From an uncultured Gammaproteobacteria bacterium (lineage in GTDB: Bacteria; Patescibacteriota; Microgenomatia; Levybacterales; UBA12049), in contig CAZERI010000001.1 in assembly GCA_964515545.1 (NCBI GenBank), positions 2,803 through 66,802 on the forward strand: a DNA stretch of 64,000 bases, read 5' to 3'. This document shows, piece after piece, positions 39,932 through 49,457 of the stretch. Each line of letters opens with the position of its first letter. Positions within the stretch are counted from its first letter, which is position 1. A program made the translations under genes and the position numbers. The notes under the pieces were generated by a model. The model worked only from the letters and a program-made list of their open reading frames with translations, was not told where the DNA came from and did not search any database.

Positions 39932-40531
39932 ATGGACTGGGAGATACTTCTTAATAACACTCCTCATACGTTCACTGCTGAGGATTTACCTGCCTTAATC
40001 CATGGAGAAAAAGGTGCAGGAACCTCCCTCTTCTCCCTCCAACTCTTAACGCAACTCTATGAACAGGGAGAGCCATTCTTAGTCCTCAGTAGCAGTGGTG
40101 AGGTAAAAAATGCAGTTCTTACAACAATAAAAAAAGCTGATGAGTTCAGTGAAATTATGGATGAGAATGATATTCCAACCCTGCATGACAAACAGATATT
40201 GTACATGGGAAGTGAAATGGAGCATCTCACTTCTAAAGTCATTTCAGACTTAGAGGACTTCTCAGAACGGATTGTTCTTATTAATAAATTTGAAGGATTT
40301 ACCAATGACACTCTCGCACTCTTCTATGGTCACGCCAAGACAATATATTGCGGAGATCTGAACATATCGGATGCGAAAGAACCGCTCCTCCAGCTTAAAT
40401 ACAATACTAAGGTTTTCTACTCTCCACTCCACAACGACTTTCGTCTTACTCTTCCTGAACTTGAGAGATATCATGGCTACTATCAAGGACGAATAGATCA
40501 AGGTACCATTAGCCTCCAGCAGAGAAGCTAG
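39932..40531 (+). CDS. hypothetical protein (degenerate RecA/KaiC-like P-loop-like segment GEKGAGTS lacking Lys)
   Basis: ORF only. No confident motif. Confidence 0.45.
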   Translation: MDWEILLNNTPHTFTAEDLPALIHGEKGAGTSLFSLQLLTQLYEQGEPFLVLSSSGEVKNAVLTTIKKADEFSEIMDENDIPTLHDKQILYMGSEMEHLTSKVISDLEDFSERIVLINKFEGFTNDTLALFYGHAKTIYCGDLNISDAKEPLLQLKYNTKVFYSPLHNDFRLTLPELERYHGYYQGRIDQGTISLQQRS

Positions 40532-40556
40532 TTCTTTCTGCTACAATGAGCATTCA

Positions 40557-41429
40557 ATGGCCCATATCCTTAACTCACTCCACTTCTCACCCCAACAACC
40601 ACAAGGTAAAGAGGATACAATTACTCTCCCGCTTCTCACAAAACTTGGTGTTCCTCACGCTATCTCCATTGGTCCTCAGGCTCACAACATGGCTGAATTA
40701 TTTAATCATTCACATGAGGATCTTAAAGCGCGACAGAACGAATTTTTATCTAAAAACAACCTCGAAACTCTTGATAAAGCATATTTCAGCACAGTCCCGA
40801 CGGAAAAAGACAAGACAATTGAAGATATTGTACTCCCCAATAACTCGTCACAGGCAATTGCTTTACCTGCTGATGTTGTCTTTACTCAAGTAGCCTTGAC
40901 TCCTCTTATTCATAAACCAGCTGACTGCCCCACAGCAATTATCTATGCAGAAAAAGATGATAACTCTATTTTAGGACTCGCTCATTTAGGAAGACCTCAG
41001 GTAAATAAACGAGTTACTGAGCAGGCTATCGATCATTTATTCAATCATTATCAGATTAAGCCTCAGGATATTTATATCGCAATAAGTCCAAGTATTGGAC
41101 CAAAGCACTACTTTATAAAAGCAAAGGATCAGGAGATACATCACTTTATCGACAGAGAATACTGGAGAGAATATGCATGGAAAGATACTCTACAAAATGA
41201 AACCATCATCCGAATAGATGTCCTAGGGAAAATCCTCTCTATCTTAGAGAAGAAAGGTATTCCTCCAGAAAATATTGAGGCTTATGGGCATGATGATACA
41301 GTGGATACCTATGAGTTGGCATCTCTTATTCCTCAATTATCCTTTTCTCACCGCTTTGCTATAGGAACTAATCAACCTCAGAAAAATGGTAGAGTTATGG
41401 TAGCTGCCCAACTAGAGCCCATGAGCTAA
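40557..41429 (+). CDS. hypothetical protein (weak resemblance to YfiH/PgeF-like fold; unconfirmed)
   Basis: 290-aa ORF. LAHLGRPQVNKRVTEQAI...ISPSIGPKHY. No catalytic Cys/His pattern verified. Start uncertain. Confidence 0.4.
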   Translation: MAHILNSLHFSPQQPQGKEDTITLPLLTKLGVPHAISIGPQAHNMAELFNHSHEDLKARQNEFLSKNNLETLDKAYFSTVPTEKDKTIEDIVLPNNSSQAIALPADVVFTQVALTPLIHKPADCPTAIIYAEKDDNSILGLAHLGRPQVNKRVTEQAIDHLFNHYQIKPQDIYIAISPSIGPKHYFIKAKDQEIHHFIDREYWREYAWKDTLQNETIIRIDVLGKILSILEKKGIPPENIEAYGHDDTVDTYELASLIPQLSFSHRFAIGTNQPQKNGRVMVAAQLEPMS

Positions 41430-42101
41430 TGCTACTCCATAAACTGATTTGGCCCCAGCTCTTTTTAGGACACCTGCTGCTTCATTAAGAGTGGCTCCTG
41501 AGGTTACGACATCATCCACAAGAAAAACAGTCTTCCCCTGAACCAACTGTCTATTCTTACAGGCAAAGATACCTTTGATATTCTGTCTCCTCTCTAGCTG
41601 AGTTTTACCTACCTGAGATGGAGTTGCTTTCACTCTCACTAGTGCCTCTTGTGTGGTGATGCTTAATTTTTTACTTAACCCCTGAGACAAAATCAGCGCT
41701 TGGTTGTAGCCTCTTTCCCTCTGTCTCCTACCATGAAGTGGTATAGGAACAAAAAGCGAATCGGCTATACATTTTTTAATAAATACTTCTTGCTGAATGA
41801 GTCCCTCATATAATAAATCCACTAGCAGTGAGGAAAGCGTATGAAGATAAGGAGCGAATTTAAATTGATAAACAAGCTTTTTGGTAAGCCCTTTATAGAC
41901 AAGACTCGCAAAAATACCATCTATGGTATACCGATTTCTACACGGTGGGTGTGTTAAACCACTGACAGCCTGTCTTCCACATACACCACAGATAAATGTG
42001 ACATCAAAATCTAATAAGACAAAACAGTTGGAACAGAGATACTCACCAAACTTTTTGCAGTTAATACACTTCTTAGGAAAGAATACAGCTAACAGATCCA
42101 C
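41412..42101 (-). CDS. comF: ComF-family protein (competence protein F, phosphoribosyltransferase domain)
   Basis: N-terminal 4-Cys zinc finger (CINCKK...CSNC...CGVCG). C-terminal PRTase motif VFLVDDVVTSGATL. Confidence 0.8.
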   Translation of the reverse strand: MDLLAVFFPKKCINCKKFGEYLCSNCFVLLDFDVTFICGVCGRQAVSGLTHPPCRNRYTIDGIFASLVYKGLTKKLVYQFKFAPYLHTLSSLLVDLLYEGLIQQEVFIKKCIADSLFVPIPLHGRRQRERGYNQALILSQGLSKKLSITTQEALVRVKATPSQVGKTQLERRQNIKGIFACKNRQLVQGKTVFLVDDVVTSGATLNEAAGVLKRAGAKSVYGVALAHGL

Positions 42102-42182
42102 ACCTCAAGTGTAGCAAAGACACATTTGATGATATAATCCATACACGAATCGTCTCTCATACAAATTACGAGCAATTTGAGA

Positions 42183-42270
42183 GGAGGGGTCGCATAGCTG
42201 GTCTAGTGCGCACGCTTGGAAAGCGTGTATGCCCGCAAGGGTATCGGGGGTTCGAATCCCCCCTCCTCCG
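42183..42270 (+). tRNA. tRNA-Ser (GGA)
   Basis: GGAGGGGTCGCATAGCTGGTCTAGTGCGCACGCTTGGAAAGCGTG + long variable arm + GGGGG-TTCGAAT-CCCCC + CTCCTCC-G. Anticodon loop TTGGAAA. Discriminator G. Confidence 0.85.
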
Positions 42271-42392
42271 CCTTCGGTCGCCAAAGTGACCTACGGCGGA
42301 CATAGTCCGCTTATAAAGTCGCGAAGGAGACTAATACCATATAAAAAAGACTCCATGTACATGGAGTCTTTTTTAATTTACCCATAAAAGCA

Positions 42393-42845
42393 TTACTTAC
42401 TAGTTGGTTCTACTTTTTTTGCCCCTGATTTGCTTGCTACCCTAATTTTCTTTGGTTCAGCTTTTTGGACTTTTTTGAATGTTAGTTTGAGAACACCATC
42501 TTCAAGCTCTGCTTTAGGCTCCTCATCACTTACAACTCCCTGAGGAAGACGGAAGGAATAATTGTAGGATGATGCCATTGAAGTCATGAAGTATCGTCTT
42601 TTATCTTTTTCCTCCTGACGATCCTCACTAGCTGCTGTAACGCGGACTACTCCTTCATCAATGGAGACGTCAACGTTATTTCCCGAAATACCAGGAAGTG
42701 CAGCTTCTGCAACGATTGATTCTTCAGTCTCATAAAGGTTGAGACCCTGCCCCATCATACGAGAAATACCAGGGAGAGTTGGGACGTCCCAATCATCATC
42801 AAGCATGGATTGAAGATTCCATGGATTCCAGCGGATTATTGCCAT
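42393..42845 (-). CDS. Hsp20/alpha-crystallin family small heat-shock protein
   Basis: MAIIRWNPWNLQSMLDDDW ... GVLKLTFKK. 150 aa. Confidence 0.9.
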   Translation of the reverse strand: MAIIRWNPWNLQSMLDDDWDVPTLPGISRMMGQGLNLYETEESIVAEAALPGISGNNVDVSIDEGVVRVTAASEDRQEEKDKRRYFMTSMASSYNYSFRLPQGVVSDEEPKAELEDGVLKLTFKKVQKAEPKKIRVASKSGAKKVEPTSK

Positions 42846-42937
42846 GTAGATTCACCTCCTTTAATCAAGTTTGACTTGATTAGCACTTTTATACCACGAG
42901 TGCTAATATCTTGTCAAGAGGCGCTCCGGACAAAGGC

Positions 42938-43028
42938 GGAGGAGACAGGATTCGAACCTGCGCGAGCCCTTTTAGAGGCTCAGAGGCTTAGCATGCCCCC
43001 GCAATGGACCAACTATGCGACTCCTCCC
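42938..43028 (-). tRNA. tRNA-Ser (GCU)
   Basis: Reverse complement GGAGGAGTCGCATAGTTGGTCCATTGCGGGGGCATGCTAAGCCTC + long variable arm + GCAGG-TTCGAAT-CCTGT + CTCCTCC-G. Anticodon loop ATGCTAA. Confidence 0.85.
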
Positions 43029-43037
43029 AAAAAACGT

Positions 43038-43109
43038 ACCTCTGGCGGGAATCGAACCCGCAGCTCAGGATCCGGAATCCCGTGGTTTATCCATTAGCCT
43101 ACAGAGGCG
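43038..43109 (-). tRNA. tRNA-Arg (CCG)
   Basis: Reverse complement GCCTCTGTAGGCTAATGGATAAACCACGGGATTCCGGATCCTGAGCTGCGGGTTCGATTCCCGCCAGAGGTA. Anticodon loop TTCCGGA. T-arm GCGGG-TTCGATT-CCCGC. Confidence 0.8.
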
Positions 43110-43138
43110 ATTCTCTATCTACAACTACTTTAACGAGG

Positions 43139-43222
43139 CGGAGGGAGGGAGATTTCCGACTCGCTTTGCTTCCTGGACTGCCTTGCCTATGGCTCGGCTT
43201 GCTTCTCATCTCCCTCCTCTCG
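43139..43222 (-). pseudogene. decayed tRNA-Ser-like remnant (partial duplicate of the adjacent tRNA-Ser 3' and 5' ends)
   Basis: GCGGAGGGAGGGAGATT (17 nt identical to the 3' end of tRNA-Ser(CGA)) followed by degenerate T-loop TCCGACTC, and ...CATCTCCCTCCTC resembling the 5' acceptor. No cloverleaf. Confidence 0.35.
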
Positions 43223-43231
43223 TTGTTTTGC

Positions 43232-43322
43232 GGAGGGAGGGAGATTCGAACTCCCGGTCTAGAAAAAGATCCAGACGGCGGTTTTCGAAACCGCTGCACT
43301 AAACCACTATGCGATCCCTCCC
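43232..43322 (-). tRNA. tRNA-Ser (CGA)
   Basis: Reverse complement GGAGGGATCGCATAGTGGTTTAGTGCAGCGGTTTCGAAAACCGC + long variable arm + GGGAG-TTCGAAT-CTCCC + TCCCTCC-G. Anticodon loop TTCGAAA. Confidence 0.85.
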
Positions 43323-43335
43323 ACTTTTTCTTAGT

Positions 43336-43409
43336 ACTCTCGAGAAGATTCGAACTTCCGACCTCAACGTCCGCAACGTTGCGCTCTATCCAACTGAGCT
43401 ACGAGAGCT
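43336..43409 (-). tRNA. tRNA-Arg, anticodon GCG by my reading (needs tRNAscan confirmation)
   Basis: Reverse complement GCTCTCGTAGCTCAGTTGGATAGAGCGCAACGTTGCGGACGTTGAGGTCGGAAGTTCGAATCTTCTCGAGAGTA. Perfect anticodon stem CAACG/CGTTG with loop TTGCGGA. Confidence 0.65.
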
Positions 43410-43472
43410 TATTAAGGCTAAAATAGTGTGTGTATTGTACCCAATATTATGATGTGAAGCAAATAACTATAG

Positions 43473-44066
43473 CTATAAACGATGCTCTAAGGGGAAATTC
43501 TTCTCAAGCCAGCTGGCTGATTTTTCCATAAAGGTAGGCTTAACATACTCCCTATAAGGAAGGAAGTGTAAAAGGACATCGCGAACTTGTTCCTGATGCA
43601 TATTCCCCAAGACAAGAGTCAACTCTCCAGGATACCACGCTTTGGTTCCGACGATCAGAGTAGTTACTCCATTTTGGGTCTTAAAATAAAAGTCATAAAG
43701 CTCTTGCCATAAGAAAAAATGGTCCTCTACCATGAGTCCCTCTGAAGTTACTTTATAGTGGAAGTCATGTGGCGCAACAGTATTAAGAGCATATACCAAA
43801 AATACAAGAGCCAGTACCAGTGCCATGAGGACGTATTGCGAAAAGAGGAAAAGAATAATCTCTAGCAAAAGCATAATGATTAAAATATTGAGGAAATACT
43901 CCCTATTCTTTTTCTGAAAAGGTCTTCCTGGCGCAGACCATGCTAGAAGAGTTTTTAATTCATAAAGGGAAGAGTCTTCAAAGTCTGGTGTGAAAGATCC
44001 AGTGGCATGTTCTGGGAGAAGCTCTTCATGGGGAGCTTCAATGAGTAGTTCTTTATTTGATTCCAT
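43473..44066 (-). CDS. membrane protein, probable bPH_2-type (TM hairpin plus PH-like domain), hypothetical
   Basis: Two TM helices (ILIIMLLLEIILFLF / LMALVLALVFLVYAL) followed by a soluble domain. Confidence 0.5.
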   Translation of the reverse strand: MESNKELLIEAPHEELLPEHATGSFTPDFEDSSLYELKTLLAWSAPGRPFQKKNREYFLNILIIMLLLEIILFLFSQYVLMALVLALVFLVYALNTVAPHDFHYKVTSEGLMVEDHFFLWQELYDFYFKTQNGVTTLIVGTKAWYPGELTLVLGNMHQEQVRDVLLHFLPYREYVKPTFMEKSASWLEKNFPLEHRL

Positions 44067-44150
44067 ACTTTTACTCTATAAGAGTAAAGCGTTCCGGTCA
44101 AGTCGTGCCTTGTTCTTGCTTTGGCTGATCTGATATACTTTGTATCCGTT

Positions 44151-44240
44151 GGAGAGGTCGCATAGTGGTCTAGTGCGGATGTCTTGAAAACATCTGAGGG
44201 TTCACGCCCTCCGCGAGTTCGAATCTCGCCCTCTCCGCCA
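44151..44240 (+). tRNA. tRNA-Ser (UGA), CCA encoded
   Basis: GGAGAGGTCGCATAGTGGTCTAGTGCGGATGTCTTGAAAACATC + long variable arm + GCGAG-TTCGAAT-CTCGC + CCTCTCC-G-CCA. Anticodon loop CTTGAAA. Confidence 0.85.
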
Positions 44241-44308
44241 AGTTCGCGAAAGAGGATATCCATTCCTCTCAACTTGACAGGATCTAGGAAATCCAGCACA
44301 CTGATTCT

Positions 44309-46600
44309 ATGTCCTTTTCTGCCCGATTACTACGCTTTCTTTGTGCTTTTATTTTATTCATTGCAGTAGCTCCTCTACCAGCTTTTGCTCAATCCGTTCA
44401 AACGCCTTTTCAACAATCTGAACAGACCTCTAAACAAATTCAAGTAATCCTGGTAGGATTTAGTGGAACCGCAATTTGTGCATTATCAGGAATCGATATT
44501 TTCCATCCAGGCTATAACTGTCTTGGACAAAAGATAATTAAGGATGGAACTACTCCCTCCTCACAAATTAACACCCAGCCTCTGGGAGCACTTGGACTTC
44601 TAACCAGCGGGATAGGAGCTCTCTATCAAAAGCCATTTAGCACTGAAGATTCTGTAAAGTATTTTGCTAATAATTTCGGCATCGCTAAAAAAACGTTAGC
44701 CCAAGGCCAACCAAGCACTAATCCTCAGGATGGAACTACGGGAGGTTTTCAATCATTTTCATTCGTCCAAGATATGTTCTTAACGCTAAGAAACATCAGC
44801 TTCCTTTCACTTGTATTCGTTTTTATTTTAATAGGAATTGCTATTATGCTCCGTTTTAAGATCGATCCTCGTACAGTCATGAGTCTCCAAAATCAAATTC
44901 CAAAAATTATTATCGGCATTCTCATGATCACTTTCTCTTTCTCCATTGCAGGGATATTGGTTGATGGAATGTGGATTGTGACCTATTTTGGAATAAATAC
45001 CATAGGAAGTATCGCTCAAAAGGATTGCACTGATGGGACAGATGGAACTACATTTGCCGGAGTTGCCACTCGACAGATTTTAAATAACCCTGTCGCCTTT
45101 ACCTCACATGTCTTCTCTGATGCTGGATGCTTTGGCACTCTTAGTGGGATAGGTGGTATATCAAAAGATATAGGATCTGCTATGAGCTCGGGAATTACTG
45201 ATGCCATACTCACCTCACTCAACTTTGATAATCAATCTGACCTAAACTGCGGAACAGGTTTAAAAATTGGGATTTTAGGAGGAAGTGGAAGTATTGGAGA
45301 CTGTATCCAAAAAGGAATTTACAGCTTTCTAACCTGGCTTATAAGTATTGTTGCATTTCTTATCGTCCTTATCGCCATTTTTGTAGCCCTTATTAGACTA
45401 TGGATAACGTTAGTGAAAGCATATGTGTATATCATCCTTGATGTTATCACCGCACCCCTTCAAATTTTGGTTGGTATACTTCCTGGTGGAAAAATGGGAT
45501 TTGGCAAGTGGTTCCGCCATATTACCGGCTACCTTCTCCTCTTCCCTGCCAGTGCTATACTTATTTTCCTTGCTTTAGCTTTTGCTCTCAATCCTGGACT
45601 GAAAGATCCCTCAAATACCACCGATACGTTTTTCCCTCCATTAATTGGCGTACCTGGCACATCAGGCAATTTAGGGGTTCTTGTCGCTTTTGGTCTTATT
45701 ATGATCTTGCCCGAAGCACTTGAAATGATTAAAGAAGCTTTGCAGATTAAGAGTAATAGTAGAGTCTCATCAGCAATTGTCGGCGGATTTGGCCGTGGAG
45801 TCGGCCCTGCGCAAGCACTTGGAGGAGTAGGAAGCGGACTCTTCGGTAAGGATAAGAATGGCAATCCTCAAGTTGGAAGACTTATTGCGGGACGTATCTG
45901 GACAAATAAAATGGGTCCCCAATCTGCCATGGGGAATAAACGCCCTATGAGCTGGTATTATCGAACCCGACGAGATTTTGATGATCGTAAGCGAAGACTC
46001 ATTAATGAAGACAGAGGAAATATTAGACAGCAAGCTGAACAGTATGCACAACATCAAGCACTTTATAACGGGAGAGACCGTACCGAGGCATTTACCGAGT
46101 TTATGGATAAGCATTACTATCAGAGGCAGTCGTCTCACCAGGCTAATCAAGCCACGAATAATAATCCTAATCAGCACGCCAATGCTGCTACCCCTGGCGC
46201 AGGGGGTTCTCCAGCACCTTCTACGGGAAGTCATCCTCACGGAGGAACTTCTACAGGCGGACATGGAGGAGCAGCTTCTAGCGGTACTACCCATACTCCA
46301 TCAGGAGCTTCGGGTACATCTGCCACTGGACACACGTCTTCACCTCCTACAGAATCTCCTCCAGTCGGAGGAGCTACGCCGGGAGCAGGAGATAACTCTC
46401 CTATTGCCCGCTTAAAAGTCAAGTGGTTTGGAAATGATCTTAAGTTTGAAGATGGAACTGGTACAGTATTTGCCCAAAAATCAGGTACTAGCTATAAAGT
46501 AGAGACCCCTACATCAACTGGCATTACTACCAAGTATCTGAGTCGATCAGACTTTAATCGCTGGCTAAGTGATCACAACTACGAAGAAGTCACCGCTTAA
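44309..46600 (+). CDS. polytopic membrane protein, VirB6/TrbL-like T4SS channel component candidate with Gly/Ser/Thr-rich C-terminal tail
   Basis: Signal peptide, then at least 5 long hydrophobic segments (e.g. IYSFLTWLISIVAFLIVLIAIFVALIRLWITLVKAYVYIILDVITAPLQILVGILPG). C-terminal 250 aa low-complexity (GGTSTGGHGGAASSGTTHTPSGASGTS). Confidence 0.55.
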   Translation: MSFSARLLRFLCAFILFIAVAPLPAFAQSVQTPFQQSEQTSKQIQVILVGFSGTAICALSGIDIFHPGYNCLGQKIIKDGTTPSSQINTQPLGALGLLTSGIGALYQKPFSTEDSVKYFANNFGIAKKTLAQGQPSTNPQDGTTGGFQSFSFVQDMFLTLRNISFLSLVFVFILIGIAIMLRFKIDPRTVMSLQNQIPKIIIGILMITFSFSIAGILVDGMWIVTYFGINTIGSIAQKDCTDGTDGTTFAGVATRQILNNPVAFTSHVFSDAGCFGTLSGIGGISKDIGSAMSSGITDAILTSLNFDNQSDLNCGTGLKIGILGGSGSIGDCIQKGIYSFLTWLISIVAFLIVLIAIFVALIRLWITLVKAYVYIILDVITAPLQILVGILPGGKMGFGKWFRHITGYLLLFPASAILIFLALAFALNPGLKDPSNTTDTFFPPLIGVPGTSGNLGVLVAFGLIMILPEALEMIKEALQIKSNSRVSSAIVGGFGRGVGPAQALGGVGSGLFGKDKNGNPQVGRLIAGRIWTNKMGPQSAMGNKRPMSWYYRTRRDFDDRKRRLINEDRGNIRQQAEQYAQHQALYNGRDRTEAFTEFMDKHYYQRQSSHQANQATNNNPNQHANAATPGAGGSPAPSTGSHPHGGTSTGGHGGAASSGTTHTPSGASGTSATGHTSSPPTESPPVGGATPGAGDNSPIARLKVKWFGNDLKFEDGTGTVFAQKSGTSYKVETPTSTGITTKYLSRSDFNRWLSDHNYEEVTA

Positions 46601-46613
46601 GGAGTAGATAGGC

Positions 46614-49388
46614 TTATTTAAGACTTTTTAAGAGGGCTTTAAAGAAGTTCTTCCCTGTACTTGCCGTCGTTTTAGCAACAGCTATTCCTCCATCTCTAAA
46701 GCCACGTCGCACCTCACCAACATTGGCGATACTGCGAAGCCACTTAATATCTTCTCTCGTAAAGAAGCGTCCTGGGATCACGGTATTTTTGAGATCATTT
46801 TCATCTACTAAAAGATCTCCTGGTATGATTTCAAGCGCCCTGATAACAGCCTCTATAGTCGCTCCATCCCATTTAGGATAGGGGCTATTGTGGTCGATAT
46901 GAGAATAAATATCTGCTGCTACTCTTCCTAAGGCTATTTGTTTGAACATCTGAATTCTTCCTTTATCTGTGTCTATTAGACGTGGATCTACGACATGATT
47001 GAGGACTTTCCCTGTCGGATTCCCATCTTTATCCTTTATTTCCTTACCATCCTTATCATACTGAGGCAGACGCATCCAGAACTGCTCCCGATCAATAAGC
47101 TCATGTCCGAACATAGAATCAGCAAGTGACATATCTGCAAATACATGAGGCGTACCATTCACATCAACCTGAGGAAGACCTTGATGGATCTTAGGATCAT
47201 ACTCAACGATATCTCTGACTTGCTTGCTATAAAGATTAGGCCACCCCTGATATCCATAACGGAGAGGCTTAAGGAATCCTTCCTGAATTTTTTGACCAAA
47301 AGATGCTGGATCGTAGAGTATCCCTCCAAATCGAGCCTGTTCAACTATTTTATCCAAATGCAACTCATCTGCTCCGATGAAGGACTTATATTCCTGTACC
47401 CAGCGAAAAATACCATTGTTGTAAAGGTTGACTTCACTCAGATCAGGGAATGTCAATTCACTAAGGATACGTCTGGATTCAGCAGTCTCTTCCTCAACCT
47501 TTCGCTCTTCAGCCTCTGTAAGAGTTCCCATACCATTTCTCTCATCAATTTCAAGTGCTGGAGGAGTAATACGGGCTAAATCTTCAATAATTTCGCGAAC
47601 TAGCTTCCCATCCTGATTACGAATCGAATCCAGGTAATTTACTCCCAACGTCTTAATGAGGCCGACATTGTACATGTTCCCAAACATCCCACCCTTGCTA
47701 GGGCCAGCTAATTTTTTCCGGTAATTTTGGAAACGAAGCCATTTCGCTTGAGCATCATAAGCAGTTCCTCCTAAATCGTTACGAGTTGCAATTCCTGTCC
47801 AGCGAGTTGTCAAAAATGCATAGTCTTCTGCCATCTCAGTGGTGTCTGTATCCATCACAAAGCCTCCATTCTCACGGAGGTATTCCCCATCTTTACCCCT
47901 CAGATACATGTGATACTTATGACCGATAGCGTCTTGGATCAGTCCCCGTACCATTCCTCTTACACGAGGATCTACCTGAGCTTGAGGGAAGATATTCATA
48001 TACTTAATGAATGCTTCTCTATTTTTTACTTTGCCGTCAGGGCCGAATATCGTATCTAAATTCGCATTAGAGATATATTTTTCCTCCAGGTGACCGAGAC
48101 TTTCTCCTGAAAATCTATTAGATTCATTTTCCTTACCAGCCAAATGTGAACGCACTCTTTCAAAGCCTTTTCGGGTAAAGAAGTCTGAATTCCCGCCTAT
48201 CATCTCTTGAAGCTTTTCATAATCTGCTAAGTGATAATATGCAGCGATAGCCGTAGCGATACTTTGTCCCATTCGGGTATCCTGCTTCTTATAATCTCTT
48301 ACATATTTTCTGTGCTCATGATGCCCCTCGCCTTCATGTCCCTGATGGGCTTGGAGAGTCTCTCCTTCATGAAGCGGTGGATCAAGTTTGGCTTTAGCCT
48401 CCATTGGCATTTCCAAAAGCCAATGCCACATACTTTTCCCATTCCAAGTATTACGAGTCATATTGTTGTCTTTGAAAATAGACTGCATCACTCCGTCTAT
48501 TCCGCCCTCATCACTCATACCCTTTCCACCTGTTCGGTAGGTAATATCACGACCGCGTACGATCATACGGACGAATAATTCACGACGAATTTGTTGGGCA
48601 AGCTCGGCATGAACTGCTCCATCCTGATCAGTAAAGAACTTCTCATCATCTTCGAGGATCTGACTCATGTGAATATGTCTATTACCAAAAGGGATACCTA
48701 CTTTAGCAAAGTAGTTGACTGGAGTATCTGGGCCATCCTCTCCCTCAAAAAAGACCATACGCTTACGAATCCAGCGCAGGAAATTAGCTTCATTAATGAC
48801 TGTTCTTTCACGTTCTTTTCCATCCTCATCTATATAAGTGCCTTCTTTTTTAAAAAGCGGGAACTTGTCCTGGAACTCCGGCTCATACTCAGCAATTGAA
48901 CGTACCAGCTCATTAATAGTATTTGGCTGCCTGTAAGATTTGTTTAGCTCCTTACGTTCTTTTGAGGTTAATTCATCATCATCTGCTAATGCTCTTCTTG
49001 GGTCTATAAACTGTCTATGGAGAGACTCAGGAGATTGTGCTCCAGAAGAAGCAGGATTTTCTAAGCGGGGTTCTACAAGACTTTGAAGAATTCTATTTCT
49101 TAGGAGTGCTTGTTCCTGAGGAGTAAGTTCACGACCAAGGTTTGCTTCCTGAGCAGCTCTCTCCTGACTCATGATCACATCAAGCATCTGCCTCATATTC
49201 TCCGTAGCTGGCTGTGGAGTAGACGGTGCTGCGCCTGTTAATTCATCAATTTCCCATGCGGGAATCTCTGGTGTAGGACTACTTGATGCCATAAATTCTC
49301 CTGTACCACTAGCATACGATCTATGAGGCTGTGAAGTCAACGCATCCCCCTCCCCTGGGACAAAGTTGTGAGGTCTATATTCTTTCAT
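46614..49388 (-). CDS. large (924 aa) soluble protein of unknown function
   Basis: Long ORF with coding-like composition, no TM and no motif I can assign. His-rich patch HQGHEGEGHHEHRK. Downstream of, and co-oriented with, the ATPase-wHTH gene. Confidence 0.65.
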   Translation of the reverse strand: MKEYRPHNFVPGEGDALTSQPHRSYASGTGEFMASSSPTPEIPAWEIDELTGAAPSTPQPATENMRQMLDVIMSQERAAQEANLGRELTPQEQALLRNRILQSLVEPRLENPASSGAQSPESLHRQFIDPRRALADDDELTSKERKELNKSYRQPNTINELVRSIAEYEPEFQDKFPLFKKEGTYIDEDGKERERTVINEANFLRWIRKRMVFFEGEDGPDTPVNYFAKVGIPFGNRHIHMSQILEDDEKFFTDQDGAVHAELAQQIRRELFVRMIVRGRDITYRTGGKGMSDEGGIDGVMQSIFKDNNMTRNTWNGKSMWHWLLEMPMEAKAKLDPPLHEGETLQAHQGHEGEGHHEHRKYVRDYKKQDTRMGQSIATAIAAYYHLADYEKLQEMIGGNSDFFTRKGFERVRSHLAGKENESNRFSGESLGHLEEKYISNANLDTIFGPDGKVKNREAFIKYMNIFPQAQVDPRVRGMVRGLIQDAIGHKYHMYLRGKDGEYLRENGGFVMDTDTTEMAEDYAFLTTRWTGIATRNDLGGTAYDAQAKWLRFQNYRKKLAGPSKGGMFGNMYNVGLIKTLGVNYLDSIRNQDGKLVREIIEDLARITPPALEIDERNGMGTLTEAEERKVEEETAESRRILSELTFPDLSEVNLYNNGIFRWVQEYKSFIGADELHLDKIVEQARFGGILYDPASFGQKIQEGFLKPLRYGYQGWPNLYSKQVRDIVEYDPKIHQGLPQVDVNGTPHVFADMSLADSMFGHELIDREQFWMRLPQYDKDGKEIKDKDGNPTGKVLNHVVDPRLIDTDKGRIQMFKQIALGRVAADIYSHIDHNSPYPKWDGATIEAVIRALEIIPGDLLVDENDLKNTVIPGRFFTREDIKWLRSIANVGEVRRGFRDGGIAVAKTTASTGKNFFKALLKSLK

Positions 49389-49457
49389 GGCCAGAGTATA
49401 TGGCCAGAAGCATCCTAGTCCTTGAGAAAATCCTTATAAAATCCTTTTAGAGCGCCT

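Noticed and set aside
40546-40893. 115-aa ORF overlapping the start of 40557..41429 in another frame
   Set aside because: It is a shorter alternative frame fully contained in the 290-aa ORF. Its basic, Leu-rich composition is typical of an out-of-frame translation.
45529-46422. ORFs 45529..45864(-), 45770..46294(-), 45978..46415(+), 46237..46422(-) inside the VirB6-like gene
   Set aside because: They overlap the Gly/Ser/Thr-rich low-complexity tail of 44309..46600. They have no start context and arise from GC-rich repeats.
47145-48899. Several 60-145-aa +strand ORFs inside 46614..49388
   Set aside because: They are antisense to a continuous 924-aa reading frame with coding-like composition. 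No independent support.
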